This document shows positions 10,350-20,292 of a DNA stretch of 38,728 nt, piece after piece. Source of the stretch: Trichomonas gallinae (Eukaryota); contig MRSU01010467.1 of the NCBI GenBank assembly GCA_008369845.1, forward strand, positions 1 to 38,728, written 5' to 3'. Position 1 is the stretch's first letter, and every line of letters begins with the position of its first letter. A program made the translations under genes and the position numbers. Below the pieces are notes generated by a model. It worked only from the letters and a program-made list of their open reading frames with translations, did no database searches and was not told the origin of the DNA.

Positions 10350-12464
10350 ATGAACTTTTTTGTTTCCTATGGTGACGAGCTTTCTCCGATCATGAAAGTC
10401 TTCAGGTTGACCGGGCAAGACTCAAAAGTCACTTTTAAAAACGTTATTGACAAATTTGCTGAGATTTGCAATATAAAGGATGGTATCCAATTAAAACTTG
10501 AACAGTTAAATTTATATCTTATAGATAATACATATCCATATAGGGAGCCTGTTCCAAAAGAAATCACAAATCTAGATTTTCCTGTTATGGAATTAAATCT
10601 TGATAATTTCGAATTAATTCTTTCGACCGAAATTCCTAAATTAAAATCACCAATTGCTCAGCCTACAACCGCAGAAGTCACAAAAACTGATGCTGATGCA
10701 GCGCAATTCGAAGATTTGATTCAAAAAGGCCAAATTTCATTAGCAACAAAGGATTACAACAACGCATGGGGAATGTTTCGTCATGCGAGAGTCCTTAATG
10801 ACCAAGATTACAGGCCTTTATATTATTCAACAAAAATTTTGATGGCCACGCACAGATACAACATTGCTCTTGCAAATGCAACAACAGGATTGCAATTGTT
10901 CCCATTTTCTCGCGAAATGCATATGTTATACGCTAAATTACATTATAAAATGGAAAAATACTCGAACGCAATCGATATGTATCAATTTACCCTTTACAAC
11001 TGGGAGATCTCCAAACAAGAAAAGCACACAGTATACTGCAAGATCGCAAAATGCATGATTGCGATGGGCAGATTAGGCGAAGCCCTTTCTCTAATAGAAA
11101 ACGTCAAAGATAATGTTGGCTGCATCTTCACGACAGCGAATATTTATCTGATTCAAGATGATTTTTACAAAGCATGCAAAAAAGCAATTTCAGCATTTTT
11201 CATCACTCCTGACTATAAAAGGATGGAAGTATTCATTGCAAACGCAATAACATCCAAAGAACGCGCTGAAATATTCTTGACAGAACTGGGAGACACGAAA
11301 ACTGACCCATCTACGCTTTTCTTCTTCGGCTCTTCTCTTTATAAATGCGGAGAATTCCATTTATCGCTTGATTATTTATTGCAAGCACTAGCAAAATCAT
11401 CAATGGTTAGTTCAATAGCTGTATTAACGCTAAAAGCCATTATAGCGAACGGAGGAAAGGAAGAAGTCGTTTTGCAATTCGTTAAAAAGTTTTTGGAATT
11501 AAATATAACCAAAAATTTCACTGATGCAGTTTCACCGATTTTACTCAAGAAAGAACAGAAGGACAACTTCACAGATACAGCGCAATACAGTCCTCTTCCG
11601 ATGAAGAAAGTTGCTTTCGAGAATGAAGAGCCATCATTTAGGACAGAAGATATTGATACGTTATCTTTAATCATAACTTTCATGATTTACATGTTCCAAG
11701 GTGGTTATGTAAAATTAACACAAGAAATCTGCGAGGCTTTAAGTCCACTAATTCTGCCTTTTGAAATGACGAATACTATATGTGCAGGGGATTCTCTCGC
11801 TTTCTGCTATTTGACAGCTTTGTGTCCGAGTATTCCAAGGCCTCTGAATTCTAGTTTGCAAAAACTGTTCGTCATCGGCGATAGAAGTCCACTGTGCATT
11901 TCACATAGGGAAATATTCTGCTTGGGAGAGAAGAGGATCGTTCAGCCGATAATTATAGAAGGACTCAGCCTTAGATCGCTGAGCGAAAAGAGAAGAACGC
12001 CTCAGCATTCTTTGCTGAGGAATGCAATTCTAAATTTACCTGAAGGTTCAGTCGTGATGCTATTTTTCGGCACAGAAGACGTATTAAGAGGTAAGATCAA
12101 GCAGACAGTCAGGATGGAGTATGACACCATAGAGCAGGCGTATCAAGAGAATGTCAACACATACACGATTGCTGCATCACAGCTCGTCGACCAAATCAGA
12201 GGAACGGTTTTAGTTCATCCTGTAGTACCAACTTCACCTGTTTTGGCGCCGCAAACATTGGTGTTCGACAATCTCCTCAAGGAGAAGATAGAATCAGTAG
12301 GACTGGTTAAGAAGCAACTGATGTATGTCGACATTCTAGATTTCATAATGAAGGAAGACAAATCAGCAATTTTGCCTGAGTTAGAATACAACGACTTCTT
12401 CATGTCATGTGAATATGCTAACCACCTCTCGAAATACTTCGAAGAACACTTCCAGAAGAAATAA
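10350..12464 (+). CDS. TPR-repeat protein with degenerate C-terminal SGNH-like domain
   Basis: TPR-like helices (KGQISLATKDYNNAWGMF, YAKLHYKMEKYSNAIDMY, FGSSLYKCGEFHLSLDYL). C-terminal alpha/beta segment LFVIGDRS..VMLFFGTEDV..VLVHPVVP..MYVDILD. Confidence 0.8.
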   Translation: MNFFVSYGDELSPIMKVFRLTGQDSKVTFKNVIDKFAEICNIKDGIQLKLEQLNLYLIDNTYPYREPVPKEITNLDFPVMELNLDNFELILSTEIPKLKSPIAQPTTAEVTKTDADAAQFEDLIQKGQISLATKDYNNAWGMFRHARVLNDQDYRPLYYSTKILMATHRYNIALANATTGLQLFPFSREMHMLYAKLHYKMEKYSNAIDMYQFTLYNWEISKQEKHTVYCKIAKCMIAMGRLGEALSLIENVKDNVGCIFTTANIYLIQDDFYKACKKAISAFFITPDYKRMEVFIANAITSKERAEIFLTELGDTKTDPSTLFFFGSSLYKCGEFHLSLDYLLQALAKSSMVSSIAVLTLKAIIANGGKEEVVLQFVKKFLELNITKNFTDAVSPILLKKEQKDNFTDTAQYSPLPMKKVAFENEEPSFRTEDIDTLSLIITFMIYMFQGGYVKLTQEICEALSPLILPFEMTNTICAGDSLAFCYLTALCPSIPRPLNSSLQKLFVIGDRSPLCISHREIFCLGEKRIVQPIIIEGLSLRSLSEKRRTPQHSLLRNAILNLPEGSVVMLFFGTEDVLRGKIKQTVRMEYDTIEQAYQENVNTYTIAASQLVDQIRGTVLVHPVVPTSPVLAPQTLVFDNLLKEKIESVGLVKKQLMYVDILDFIMKEDKSAILPELEYNDFFMSCEYANHLSKYFEEHFQKK

Positions 12465-12852
12465 TAAACTGTTATATATATTGTTGTTTTATTAAATTAT
12501 ATAATAATTATTTTTTTCATCAGTTCCAAAAAAAAAAAATTCTCAACTTTTCTATTATAGATTTGAGCAAGAATTTTATGATCATTATATGAAGCAACTA
12601 TCAATGATTCTAATGGTTTTTTATGCATTAAGTTTGATTGCAGACATTGTAAGATAATGTTTGAAAATTTCATGATGATCAAAAAATGAAGCACAAATTA
12701 ACGCTGTATCTTTGCCATATTAAGACAAAATATTTGAATATCGAAAAATTATAATGGAAATAAAGAAATAGTAATATTTATACCATGTCTAACCAATAAA
12801 ATGTTCAACATTATAATTGCTAACATATAAAACAAGCTCTAAATAAAATAAA

Positions 12853-14088
12853 TTATTCGCCATCACTTTCGTGTTCGTCGTCTTCTGAAGAATCCACTTT
12901 AGGAAGCTGTACTTTGATGTTTGGATCGTACTTCCTTGACTCTGGGCCTCTGAATACGACTGTTAAGTTCGGATTCGTCGAAGGAAGGGATTCAATCTTA
13001 GCGTTGATCTCTTCTTCCGGCGCGATTGTTCCTATCATCTGGAGAATAGCGAGAGACTGGTTCTTTGGCAGAGCAGCAAGAATGATATAAACGCCTGGGG
13101 TATATGTCTTCGGTTTTTTGTCTTTCTTGTTCTGATCCTTTTCACCGCCTTCTTCAAGCATCTGCTGGCCCTTCATTGCGTTAATTGTCACGTTAAGAAG
13201 AGGATTCTGCGAGATATCAAGAGATCTGAGTGTTCCAACCTTTCCAATGAAGTTTGCAATTGCTCTGCCGCTGGCTTCGCCTATCTGGTTCTTTGATAAA
13301 TCTAAAACAGTCAATGCAGTCGAATCTCCGAGTCCTTTGAGTAATGCAGAACACATTTCGTCGTCAATTGCGTTTTCTGACAAGAAAAGCTTCTTAAGTG
13401 ATGAGCATCTTGCTACGGAGCCTCCAAGAAGAGAAGCAAAACGTCTTCCACCAACGTGCAGCATATTCCTGGAGAGATTTAATCTTTTTAGTTTATCTGA
13501 TGACGGAATTGCATTTGCAACATCGATTGCTGTCTGTCTCATGTTGCAGCCAGCTGCTTCAACACGGGCGAGAAGCTGGCATGAAGAAATAACTTTGGCA
13601 AAAGATGATCCGATGTTTTGAGCTCCTGTGTTTGAAATATTAAGAGATTCGAGTGATCTGTTATCAATGATACCATCTAAAAGATCAGTAATGCCTTTTG
13701 TTCGAATATCTGGATTATTTGAAATATTTAGAACGGAAATCGAGTCTGATTGTGACATGAATTCAACTAATTTTGGAATACAACCCTCATCGAGAGCGTT
13801 ATCTGATAAATTAAGCAAAGAAATTGTTTTCACGTTAATTAACATATCGACAATAACGTTTAGATCTCTTCCAATTTTGTAATGTGCGAGATTTGCGTTG
13901 AATTTGTTGCCTTGTAAGATTGGTTTCATGACTGAAAGAGCAGGTATCGGTGGTTGCTTGGAATAACAAAGGCTTTGGTAAGCTTCCCACAGGTCGCCGT
14001 TGTCGCTGTCGTCGTTGTTGACAGGAGCAAAGTCGTAGACAACCTCAGCTTCGGCTGGTTTCTTAGGTGATGAAAAATCAAAGTTCAT
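12853..14088 (-). CDS. Leucine-rich repeat protein (RNI-like)
   Basis: About 28-aa repeats LxxLNLSxNxI (LNLSDNALD, LNISNNPDI, LFLSENAID, LDLSKNQIG). First ATG at 14088, with GTCACTTT Inr at 14106-14113. Confidence 0.9.
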   Translation of the reverse strand: MNFDFSSPKKPAEAEVVYDFAPVNNDDSDNGDLWEAYQSLCYSKQPPIPALSVMKPILQGNKFNANLAHYKIGRDLNVIVDMLINVKTISLLNLSDNALDEGCIPKLVEFMSQSDSISVLNISNNPDIRTKGITDLLDGIIDNRSLESLNISNTGAQNIGSSFAKVISSCQLLARVEAAGCNMRQTAIDVANAIPSSDKLKRLNLSRNMLHVGGRRFASLLGGSVARCSSLKKLFLSENAIDDEMCSALLKGLGDSTALTVLDLSKNQIGEASGRAIANFIGKVGTLRSLDISQNPLLNVTINAMKGQQMLEEGGEKDQNKKDKKPKTYTPGVYIILAALPKNQSLAILQMIGTIAPEEEINAKIESLPSTNPNLTVVFRGPESRKYDPNIKVQLPKVDSSEDDEHESDGE

Positions 14089-14630
14089 TGTGAAAAAACG
14101 CACAAAAAGTGACAACTATTTTTGAAATTTCGAAAAATCTGAGAAAATGGATATAATATTTGATATGTATATCTAATATATAACATTTTCCCAACTAAAT
14201 TTCGTCAAAATAACAATATTTTATCTTTTGATAAAAAAATATAATTATTTTGTAATATAATTATCATTTTTGATATTAACTCATATAGATTATCATTATA
14301 ATCAATAAAAATAATCAAAATAACAAATATTTTTGATTGAAATTTTGTTTGCGCGATTAACATTATTAATTAATTCTCAAATGACTAGTATAGCATTGAT
14401 ATGATATAAAGCCTGTGTTGTAATAATTTCGTGTTTTTCAATATTTGAATATTTTATAAAATTGTGTTTTTTATTTATATTATCTTTACCGTTATTTTAT
14501 TTTGTTTATCTTAGTAATGTGGTCGAATTACAAAGACTAGATTCGATAAAATAAAAAATTATTATATTTTGTAGACAATAAACCATGTAAATTATAGTTT
14601 AATTTTAATAACAAAGAAAGAATGCAACAG

Positions 14631-15143
14631 TTACTTCATTTGATCGGCAATCCAATTGAAGATTGAATCTAATCCAACACCAACAACAGCAGAAGTTTCC
14701 ATAAATGAAATACGCTCCTTATTGAGCGAATCAAAGCCGATGATTTCGTCGATAACATTGAAATGAACAAAATCAGGAATATCGCATTTTGCTAAGGCAA
14801 CTAACACTGGTTTATCTTGCGTTACTTTAGATGTGAGTAACTCGTTTAAGAAAACAATGTTAGTTGCAGTCATTGTTAAGTCTGCTGCATCAAATACGTA
14901 AATTATTGCTTTTGGTGTTTTCGCGTGAGATTCCCAGTCGTCAATCATATCTCCACCAAGTTCTTTGAATGAAAATGTTGTTCCGCGAAAATTAAAATTG
15001 CTTGTATTCACTCCTTCTGTTGGCTTTGGGATCTGAATTTGATCGAAAGGAGAAATACGTTTGTCTTCTGATAAAGCTTGCATTCTCTTGATTAGCAAGG
15101 ATTTTCCTGAAGACTTTGGCCCAAGAAACAGAATTTCGACCAT
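14631..15143 (-). CDS. ARL16: ADP-ribosylation factor-like GTPase 16
   Basis: G1 GPKSSGKS right after Met with no N-terminal helix; PTEG; ARL16-type ELGGxM..W in place of DLGGQ; AKCD; ETSAVVGVGL. Inr at 15155-15162. Confidence 0.85.
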   Translation of the reverse strand: MVEILFLGPKSSGKSLLIKRMQALSEDKRISPFDQIQIPKPTEGVNTSNFNFRGTTFSFKELGGDMIDDWESHAKTPKAIIYVFDAADLTMTATNIVFLNELLTSKVTQDKPVLVALAKCDIPDFVHFNVIDEIIGFDSLNKERISFMETSAVVGVGLDSIFNWIADQMK

Positions 15144-15822
15144 TTTTATTATAAAAAGTGACAGAATAACGTGTAAGAAAAACTGACAAAACTCAAAAAT
15201 TCTACACTAATCTTTGATATTCACTCTATAAGCGTATAAATCGTCATAGATCACACTCTATTACTTAAATTTTGATTAAAATCAAAATTTAATGAGTTAT
15301 TGTTTTTTTTTTAGTTGCCGAAAAATGACTTTTTAAAATCCTTTTTTGGCTAGTATTAATCAATATAAACATCACATATATCCACAGCTTTATATGAGCG
15401 TATAATGAACACTTTTACAAAATAGGTATAATTTGATGCAAACTTCTCGAATAATAAATAGAATTAATTCAAGCAATTCTATAGTATTGATTTACTTGTT
15501 TACTTTGTGATTTTAAGTTGGGGAATAAAGATGCAACGCCTGAGAATAAGGTATTCTTATGACTTGAATTTTCCGATAAATATTGACGGTGCGAAGAATA
15601 AGATGACACGAAAAAATCCATCAAATGCAACTGTGCACTTTTTTGTATCTATCCAAGGCTCAGTACATAGCATAAATGAACCCATTAAATTTTTAAACAT
15701 CACAAATTTTGATTGGGTCAAAATATTTTTACGTGTCAAAAATCGAATGGTTTTAATATTGAAGCTTCAATTAATACTGCTTTTCCTCTTGATTTCCAAA
15801 AATTGAATAAAAATGAATAATT

Positions 15823-16761
15823 TTAGAGTTGCCTGTTAGAAAGTCTGAATGTTCCTCCTGGGCAGAGAAGGAGTATGTTTTCAGATGATAAGATATCAAT
15901 CAAATCATCAACTGATTGGAAAGCTGATTCACAGTTGCATCTAATGAATATATCTTGTAGTTGGCGTTGTGAAAACGTCTGCAGATGGCTTCTCTTTAAG
16001 GCATTGATGAAGTGGTTCAGAATCGTTTTCTTCGACAATCTTCGACCCTTCTTCGTTGTTGTTCTGTTCATAGTTAAAGATTGGATGAGCTCGCACACTT
16101 CATCAACGTCAGTTTCATATACTGTGTCTCTCAGTTCGCATGCAGCTCTTGCTTTAGCGAGCGAAGAGATTTTTCTGATTGCGTTCTCATCGTTGAAAGA
16201 ATATGAGCATTCGCGAATCTTCTGTAAAACCGTATCATCTATAGTTGGATTTATGAACGTTCTCGCGTAAGCACAAAACACTTTAATTTCGTGCTCGCTG
16301 AAAAAAGCATCTGCATTTTCATTGAGACTTTTCAGTCTCTCTTCCATTGGCTTTTCTCTATCATCCCAATTAACGAATTCTCTCGCAACTGATGATGGCG
16401 TTGATCTTGGTGTCAGCTGTCTCATTGTTCTTCTTCTGTTTGTCTCTGCTGACTCATCATTGATGATAATGGAAAACAAATTTGCTGTTTCCAAATACAA
16501 AAATTCTGTCAATGGGTTCTGCAGCTTATTTGATTCCAAACTGCAGAACGATATCGAGCTGAAATCTGCAGGTGATTTTGTGAAACAGTCAACATTGACG
16601 AAGCCGGTTTCAACAGCTTCGATGAATGTTAATTGATGTTTCTTCAGAGCTTGAAGACTATCAATAATCAGTAAGCCGCCTGCAGCATCAATAATACAGT
16701 CACTCTTCATATCGCATTTCAACACTGCTTTGTTTCCTGCAGCTCTGATGACGAATTCCAT
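15823..16761 (-). CDS. C-terminal part of an MCM8-like protein (degenerate AAA+ domain plus winged helix)
   Basis: KPMEERLK, FCAYARTFINPTI, SSLAKARAACELRDTVYETDVDEVCELI and a C-terminal LSKKTILNHFINALK...DDLIDILSSENILLLCPGGTFRL resemble MCM8. In frame with the upstream ORF across one TAA. Confidence 0.75.
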   Translation of the reverse strand: MEFVIRAAGNKAVLKCDMKSDCIIDAAGGLLIIDSLQALKKHQLTFIEAVETGFVNVDCFTKSPADFSSISFCSLESNKLQNPLTEFLYLETANLFSIIINDESAETNRRRTMRQLTPRSTPSSVAREFVNWDDREKPMEERLKSLNENADAFFSEHEIKVFCAYARTFINPTIDDTVLQKIRECSYSFNDENAIRKISSLAKARAACELRDTVYETDVDEVCELIQSLTMNRTTTKKGRRLSKKTILNHFINALKRSHLQTFSQRQLQDIFIRCNCESAFQSVDDLIDILSSENILLLCPGGTFRLSNRQL

Positions 16762-16773
16762 TAGATTATTGAT

Positions 16774-17616
16774 TTATGCTGAGTGCTCGCCCATTATGCA
16801 CACATGTACCCTTGAATCCAAGTTCGCAGTCAATGCAAGCAATATTGATAATTTGGCATTTAATGAAACGCCGCTGTTTTGCGCTATGCTTGATACCAAA
16901 GCTGGAAGCAAAGGTGTGGATTTCATCATCTTTTGGACTATATCGGCATCATTCTTACACAAGCAATATGCTGACCTCATCATGATGTTTTTCAGCGATA
17001 TACACCTAAGAACAGGCTTGAAAATTTGCTCGTTTTTTTCTGCTTCGATTATTCCTGTAAAAACTGCGCATTCGCCTTTATCAATGATACCTACCATATT
17101 TCCTGACAATATTACTTTGCAATTTCCATCGCTCGCGATGTCATTGCAATTTAATATTTGATATGCTTTCATTTTATCAACTTTAGCATATTTTGAGGAT
17201 TTGCTTAGTAAACTATCGTTAGAGGCTGTAAATTCAATGTCATTGGCATTTATAACTCTCATAGGTAATGATACAATTTTTTCAACGTCGATTGGTAGAA
17301 TAGATGATGCAGTTTTTTGCTTTGTAAGGTCATTTATATGTACGCAAGCTATAAATTTGTCTGTACCTTGAGATTTAATAATATTGGATGCAATTCCGTT
17401 CAAAACGGAGAAAGCAAGAAATGGCTTGTTCTCTATTTCTTCTCTTATTCTATTGTTATCATCAATTTCCGATAAATTGAATTCAATCTGATTTAATCCT
17501 GAAAATTTATTGGATGTTATCAGTGATGATATTATTTCTTCGAGTTTTTTGATGCTTTCATCACTGAATGAAGGCTCATATTCATCAGGAGCGATTTCTT
17601 CCTCGCTTGAACTCAT
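16774..17616 (-). CDS. N-terminal part of an MCM8-like protein (MCM N-domain/OB fold), ending at an in-frame TAA within the Walker A region
   Basis: VEKIVSLPMRVI, YQIL, VILSGNMVGIIDKGECAVFTGI, LVSSIA...AKLSILLAL, VHVCIMGE match the MCM layout. The combined locus 15823-17616 may be a pseudogene or a readthrough gene. Confidence 0.7.
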   Translation of the reverse strand: MSSSEEEIAPDEYEPSFSDESIKKLEEIISSLITSNKFSGLNQIEFNLSEIDDNNRIREEIENKPFLAFSVLNGIASNIIKSQGTDKFIACVHINDLTKQKTASSILPIDVEKIVSLPMRVINANDIEFTASNDSLLSKSSKYAKVDKMKAYQILNCNDIASDGNCKVILSGNMVGIIDKGECAVFTGIIEAEKNEQIFKPVLRCISLKNIMMRSAYCLCKNDADIVQKMMKSTPLLPALVSSIAQNSGVSLNAKLSILLALTANLDSRVHVCIMGEHSA

Positions 17617-17636
17617 GATGTTACTTACAACATCAC

Positions 17637-17756
17637 GAAAAGTGACTAATAATATTTTTGACAGTTGGCAGATTGGAAAGAAAAGTGACTAATAAAATTT
17701 TGACATTTGGCATAAATTATTGTAAACATCAGAATATTATCCACAGTAAAAGTGAC
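17637..17756. promoter_or_regulatory. Compact divergent promoter with a duplicated 33-34 bp unit and three AAAGTGAC motifs
   Basis: GAAAAGTGACTAATAATATTTTTGACAGTTGGCA (17637-17670) and GAAAAGTGACTAATAAAATTTTGACATTTGGCA (17680-17712); third AAAGTGAC at 17749-17756. Lies between ATG 17616 (-) and ATG 17764 (+). Confidence 0.75.
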
Positions 17757-17763
17757 TAAATTT

Positions 17764-18739
17764 ATGTTGGAGATTTTATATCTTACGATTTTTGGGGCAA
17801 ATTTGGCTACATTCTGAAGATTTATGGGAATATTTTTATTCTGACGTCCCAAACCAGATAATAAATGACAATACAACAAAAATTAATGATAAATCTGGTA
17901 AATATTATATTCATGATGTAATTTTCATTAAACACGATGGCCAGTGCATCAATATGAATGACAACAATCCGTCCAGTAAGTTACTTATTGCTTCCACAGT
18001 CTTTACTAATTTGTCTGGCTCGCCAAATGGATTAGCTGTCAACTTTGTTGCACCAGGCGAAATAATCCAATACCATACGTATAATATGCATTCAATAGCC
18101 ATACGTATTGATCGTCAATATTCCACGCATTCTTATACATCAATTTCGTCGAAAAATTCATCAAACTTTATGATAGAGTCGTCAATATCTTTCAATTCCT
18201 GCCACTATTGTCCATTTTGGCATTCAGATGGAAATGTCATTATATCAATGGTTAACTTGACAAAAAATGATGGTATGATTAATTCTGGTGGATATACTTC
18301 AAATTCAAACGTTTCCTGTTGCAATATTATTAATAATTCGGCCGATGGACATCGAATTTTTCATACTGGTGTTTATAATGTCAACTTAAGGTATATGAAG
18401 TTTGTTAACAATAAAAATGGTGGATCTGGACTTGTTTTTTCAGATCATGGAGATAAAATCATAGAGAAATCGATATTGATGGATAATAACTGTGAATATC
18501 TATTCCTAGTTTTTTATGATGGGACAATAAAAGTCAACGAATGCTATTTTAACAATAACATCGCTGCAACACAAAATACAGACCTTGTTATAATATCAGG
18601 GAATCTTTTAAATGAAATATCAATGCCTTTGATCTGTTTTACATTTAGAAAAATAAACACAGAAATTAACCAATTTGTGATTGATATAGATGATGTCATC
18701 TGTATTCCTTATGCAGTTTTCATTGTCCCTTGCTTATAA
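17764..18739 (+). pseudogene. Asn-rich beta-helix-like secreted/surface hypothetical protein with an apparent frameshift near the 5' end
   Basis: ATG 17764 follows AAAGTGAC and encodes hydrophobic MLEILYLTI, but is one base out of frame with the 315-codon ORF. A TTTTTGGGG run lies at 17789-17797. The body has CCNIINN/FVNN/ILMDNN/YFNNN repeats. Confidence 0.6.
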
Positions 18740-19140
18740 AAACACAAACATAAACAAATAACAAGCAAATCATCTCTTTTCATCTGAATATATATTTGCA
18801 TATTATTACCTGTTTTTTAAGAGAATCATCCTTGAAATAGTTCCTTTTCATTAGTGAGTTATCCCCTAAAAAATAGTTTTGGTTCATTAGTTGATATCAT
18901 AGGAGAATCATTCAAAAAATATAAATACAACATGGTCCATATGATAGCAAATCTGTCCAAATAGCTAGAAAATAATATTTCCACATTGATTAAAATTCAA
19001 TTTGGAGAAAATGAAGGAAAAAAACCCTTATTTCTGGGAATCGGCTCTCTTCATATATTTTAGATGAATATAGATCTAAAATTGTCGCAATATGAATAAA
19101 TTTTAACATTTTATTGTGATTTGCTCTATATAACATAAAT

Positions 19141-20292
19141 TTATAATATAGTTCTATCCATTGATCGCTCTGGATGATTGATAAACTCAAGCAAATGATG
19201 CTGATGCTTATTAATAAATTCATCTTCGCATCCTGGGATAAGATAAGTAGATGTGAGGTGTCCCGTGTTATTTGTTGTAACAACATGAGAAGTAAAGCTG
19301 CGAAAAGCCTTCATTGCATCTGGAACTGAATACATTCCACCATGTACCCAAATATTGTGTTTTGTCTTGTGCGCTCCTATATTTGAGATCATTGATACTG
19401 GTCTGAGGATGTTAAACGTTCCATCTGTTATGCAAGCAAAATTATTCAAAACTTTTTTCTCCATCCCTTCACTAAGCTGTTTCTGGATGCCTTTCATGAC
19501 ATCAATAGCCTTGGTGGACTTGTCAATCTTCGTTAAAGTATAAATAAGCGATGTTAAAATCTGTGGAGACTTTTCTGGAATTCCTAGGATGTTGTTAACA
19601 TTAGCAGCAATCTGGTTTCCTATATCAAATGGATTTTTAGCATCCATTGTCTTAGAAATCGAATAGATATCAGCAGTTGATAAAAATGCTTGTGGTTTAA
19701 CTCCAATAGACTTGCATGTCTGTAATATCTTTTGTATATCGAAAGATGAGCACTTGGCAATGTATCTTGGAGGTGTGTCTTTGGGAGATGGATTAATTGG
19801 AATTGAAATCTGATTAGATAAATCGATAGGATATTGTTTTCGTTCAACATTTTTGATTAATTCTGGTATGTCAGCACGTTCCATTATTGGAAATTCCGTT
19901 TCATCTGAAACTAAATCAGATATCAAATTTAACATGTGTTTACCATCGCTAAATGCATGGTTTAATGATGCCAATATCGCTCCTGACTCTTTATTCTTTT
20001 GTCTGATAAGGAATATTTCGAAATTGCTTTGAGCATAAAATGTGCTCAAACAATTTGTTATAAATTCATCAATTTTGGAATCATCAGCTTCAACTTCTAT
20101 GATTTTTGGCTTAGAATCTTTAGTAATATAGTCATTTACAATATTATATTTAATATTCGGATATGTTTTTTCAATAATTTCCAGTCTTTTGCTCACCCAA
20201 TCGAATGATGGTAGCTTATCCATGTACGCAATACCTCTCAATGTTGATCCGAGAAGCATCTTTTCATACATTGTTGCTTTCATTACAGACAT
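19141..20292 (-). CDS. CoA-dependent acyltransferase / condensation-domain-like protein (alcohol acetyltransferase/PapA-like)
   Basis: HxxxDG motif LNHAFSDG; C-terminal ISNIG motif; Inr TCATT just upstream. Confidence 0.7.
   Translation of the reverse strand: MSVMKATMYEKMLLGSTLRGIAYMDKLPSFDWVSKRLEIIEKTYPNIKYNIVNDYITKDSKPKIIEVEADDSKIDEFITNCLSTFYAQSNFEIFLIRQKNKESGAILASLNHAFSDGKHMLNLISDLVSDETEFPIMERADIPELIKNVERKQYPIDLSNQISIPINPSPKDTPPRYIAKCSSFDIQKILQTCKSIGVKPQAFLSTADIYSISKTMDAKNPFDIGNQIAANVNNILGIPEKSPQILTSLIYTLTKIDKSTKAIDVMKGIQKQLSEGMEKKVLNNFACITDGTFNILRPVSMISNIGAHKTKHNIWVHGGMYSVPDAMKAFRSFTSHVVTTNNTGHLTSTYLIPGCEDEFINKHQHHLLEFINHPERSMDRTIL

Noticed and set aside
16742..16780. Short intron removing the MCM stop codon
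   Set aside because: No GT donor with a CTAAC branch point, and the Walker A region aligns without removing any sequence.
282..17616. Genetic-code reassignment (TAA/TGA as sense) to explain the in-frame stops
   Set aside because: Conserved genes end at their expected C-termini with TAA (RPS20, ARL16, kinase) or TGA (ERCC1, calcineurin B-like), and long ORFs contain no internal stops.
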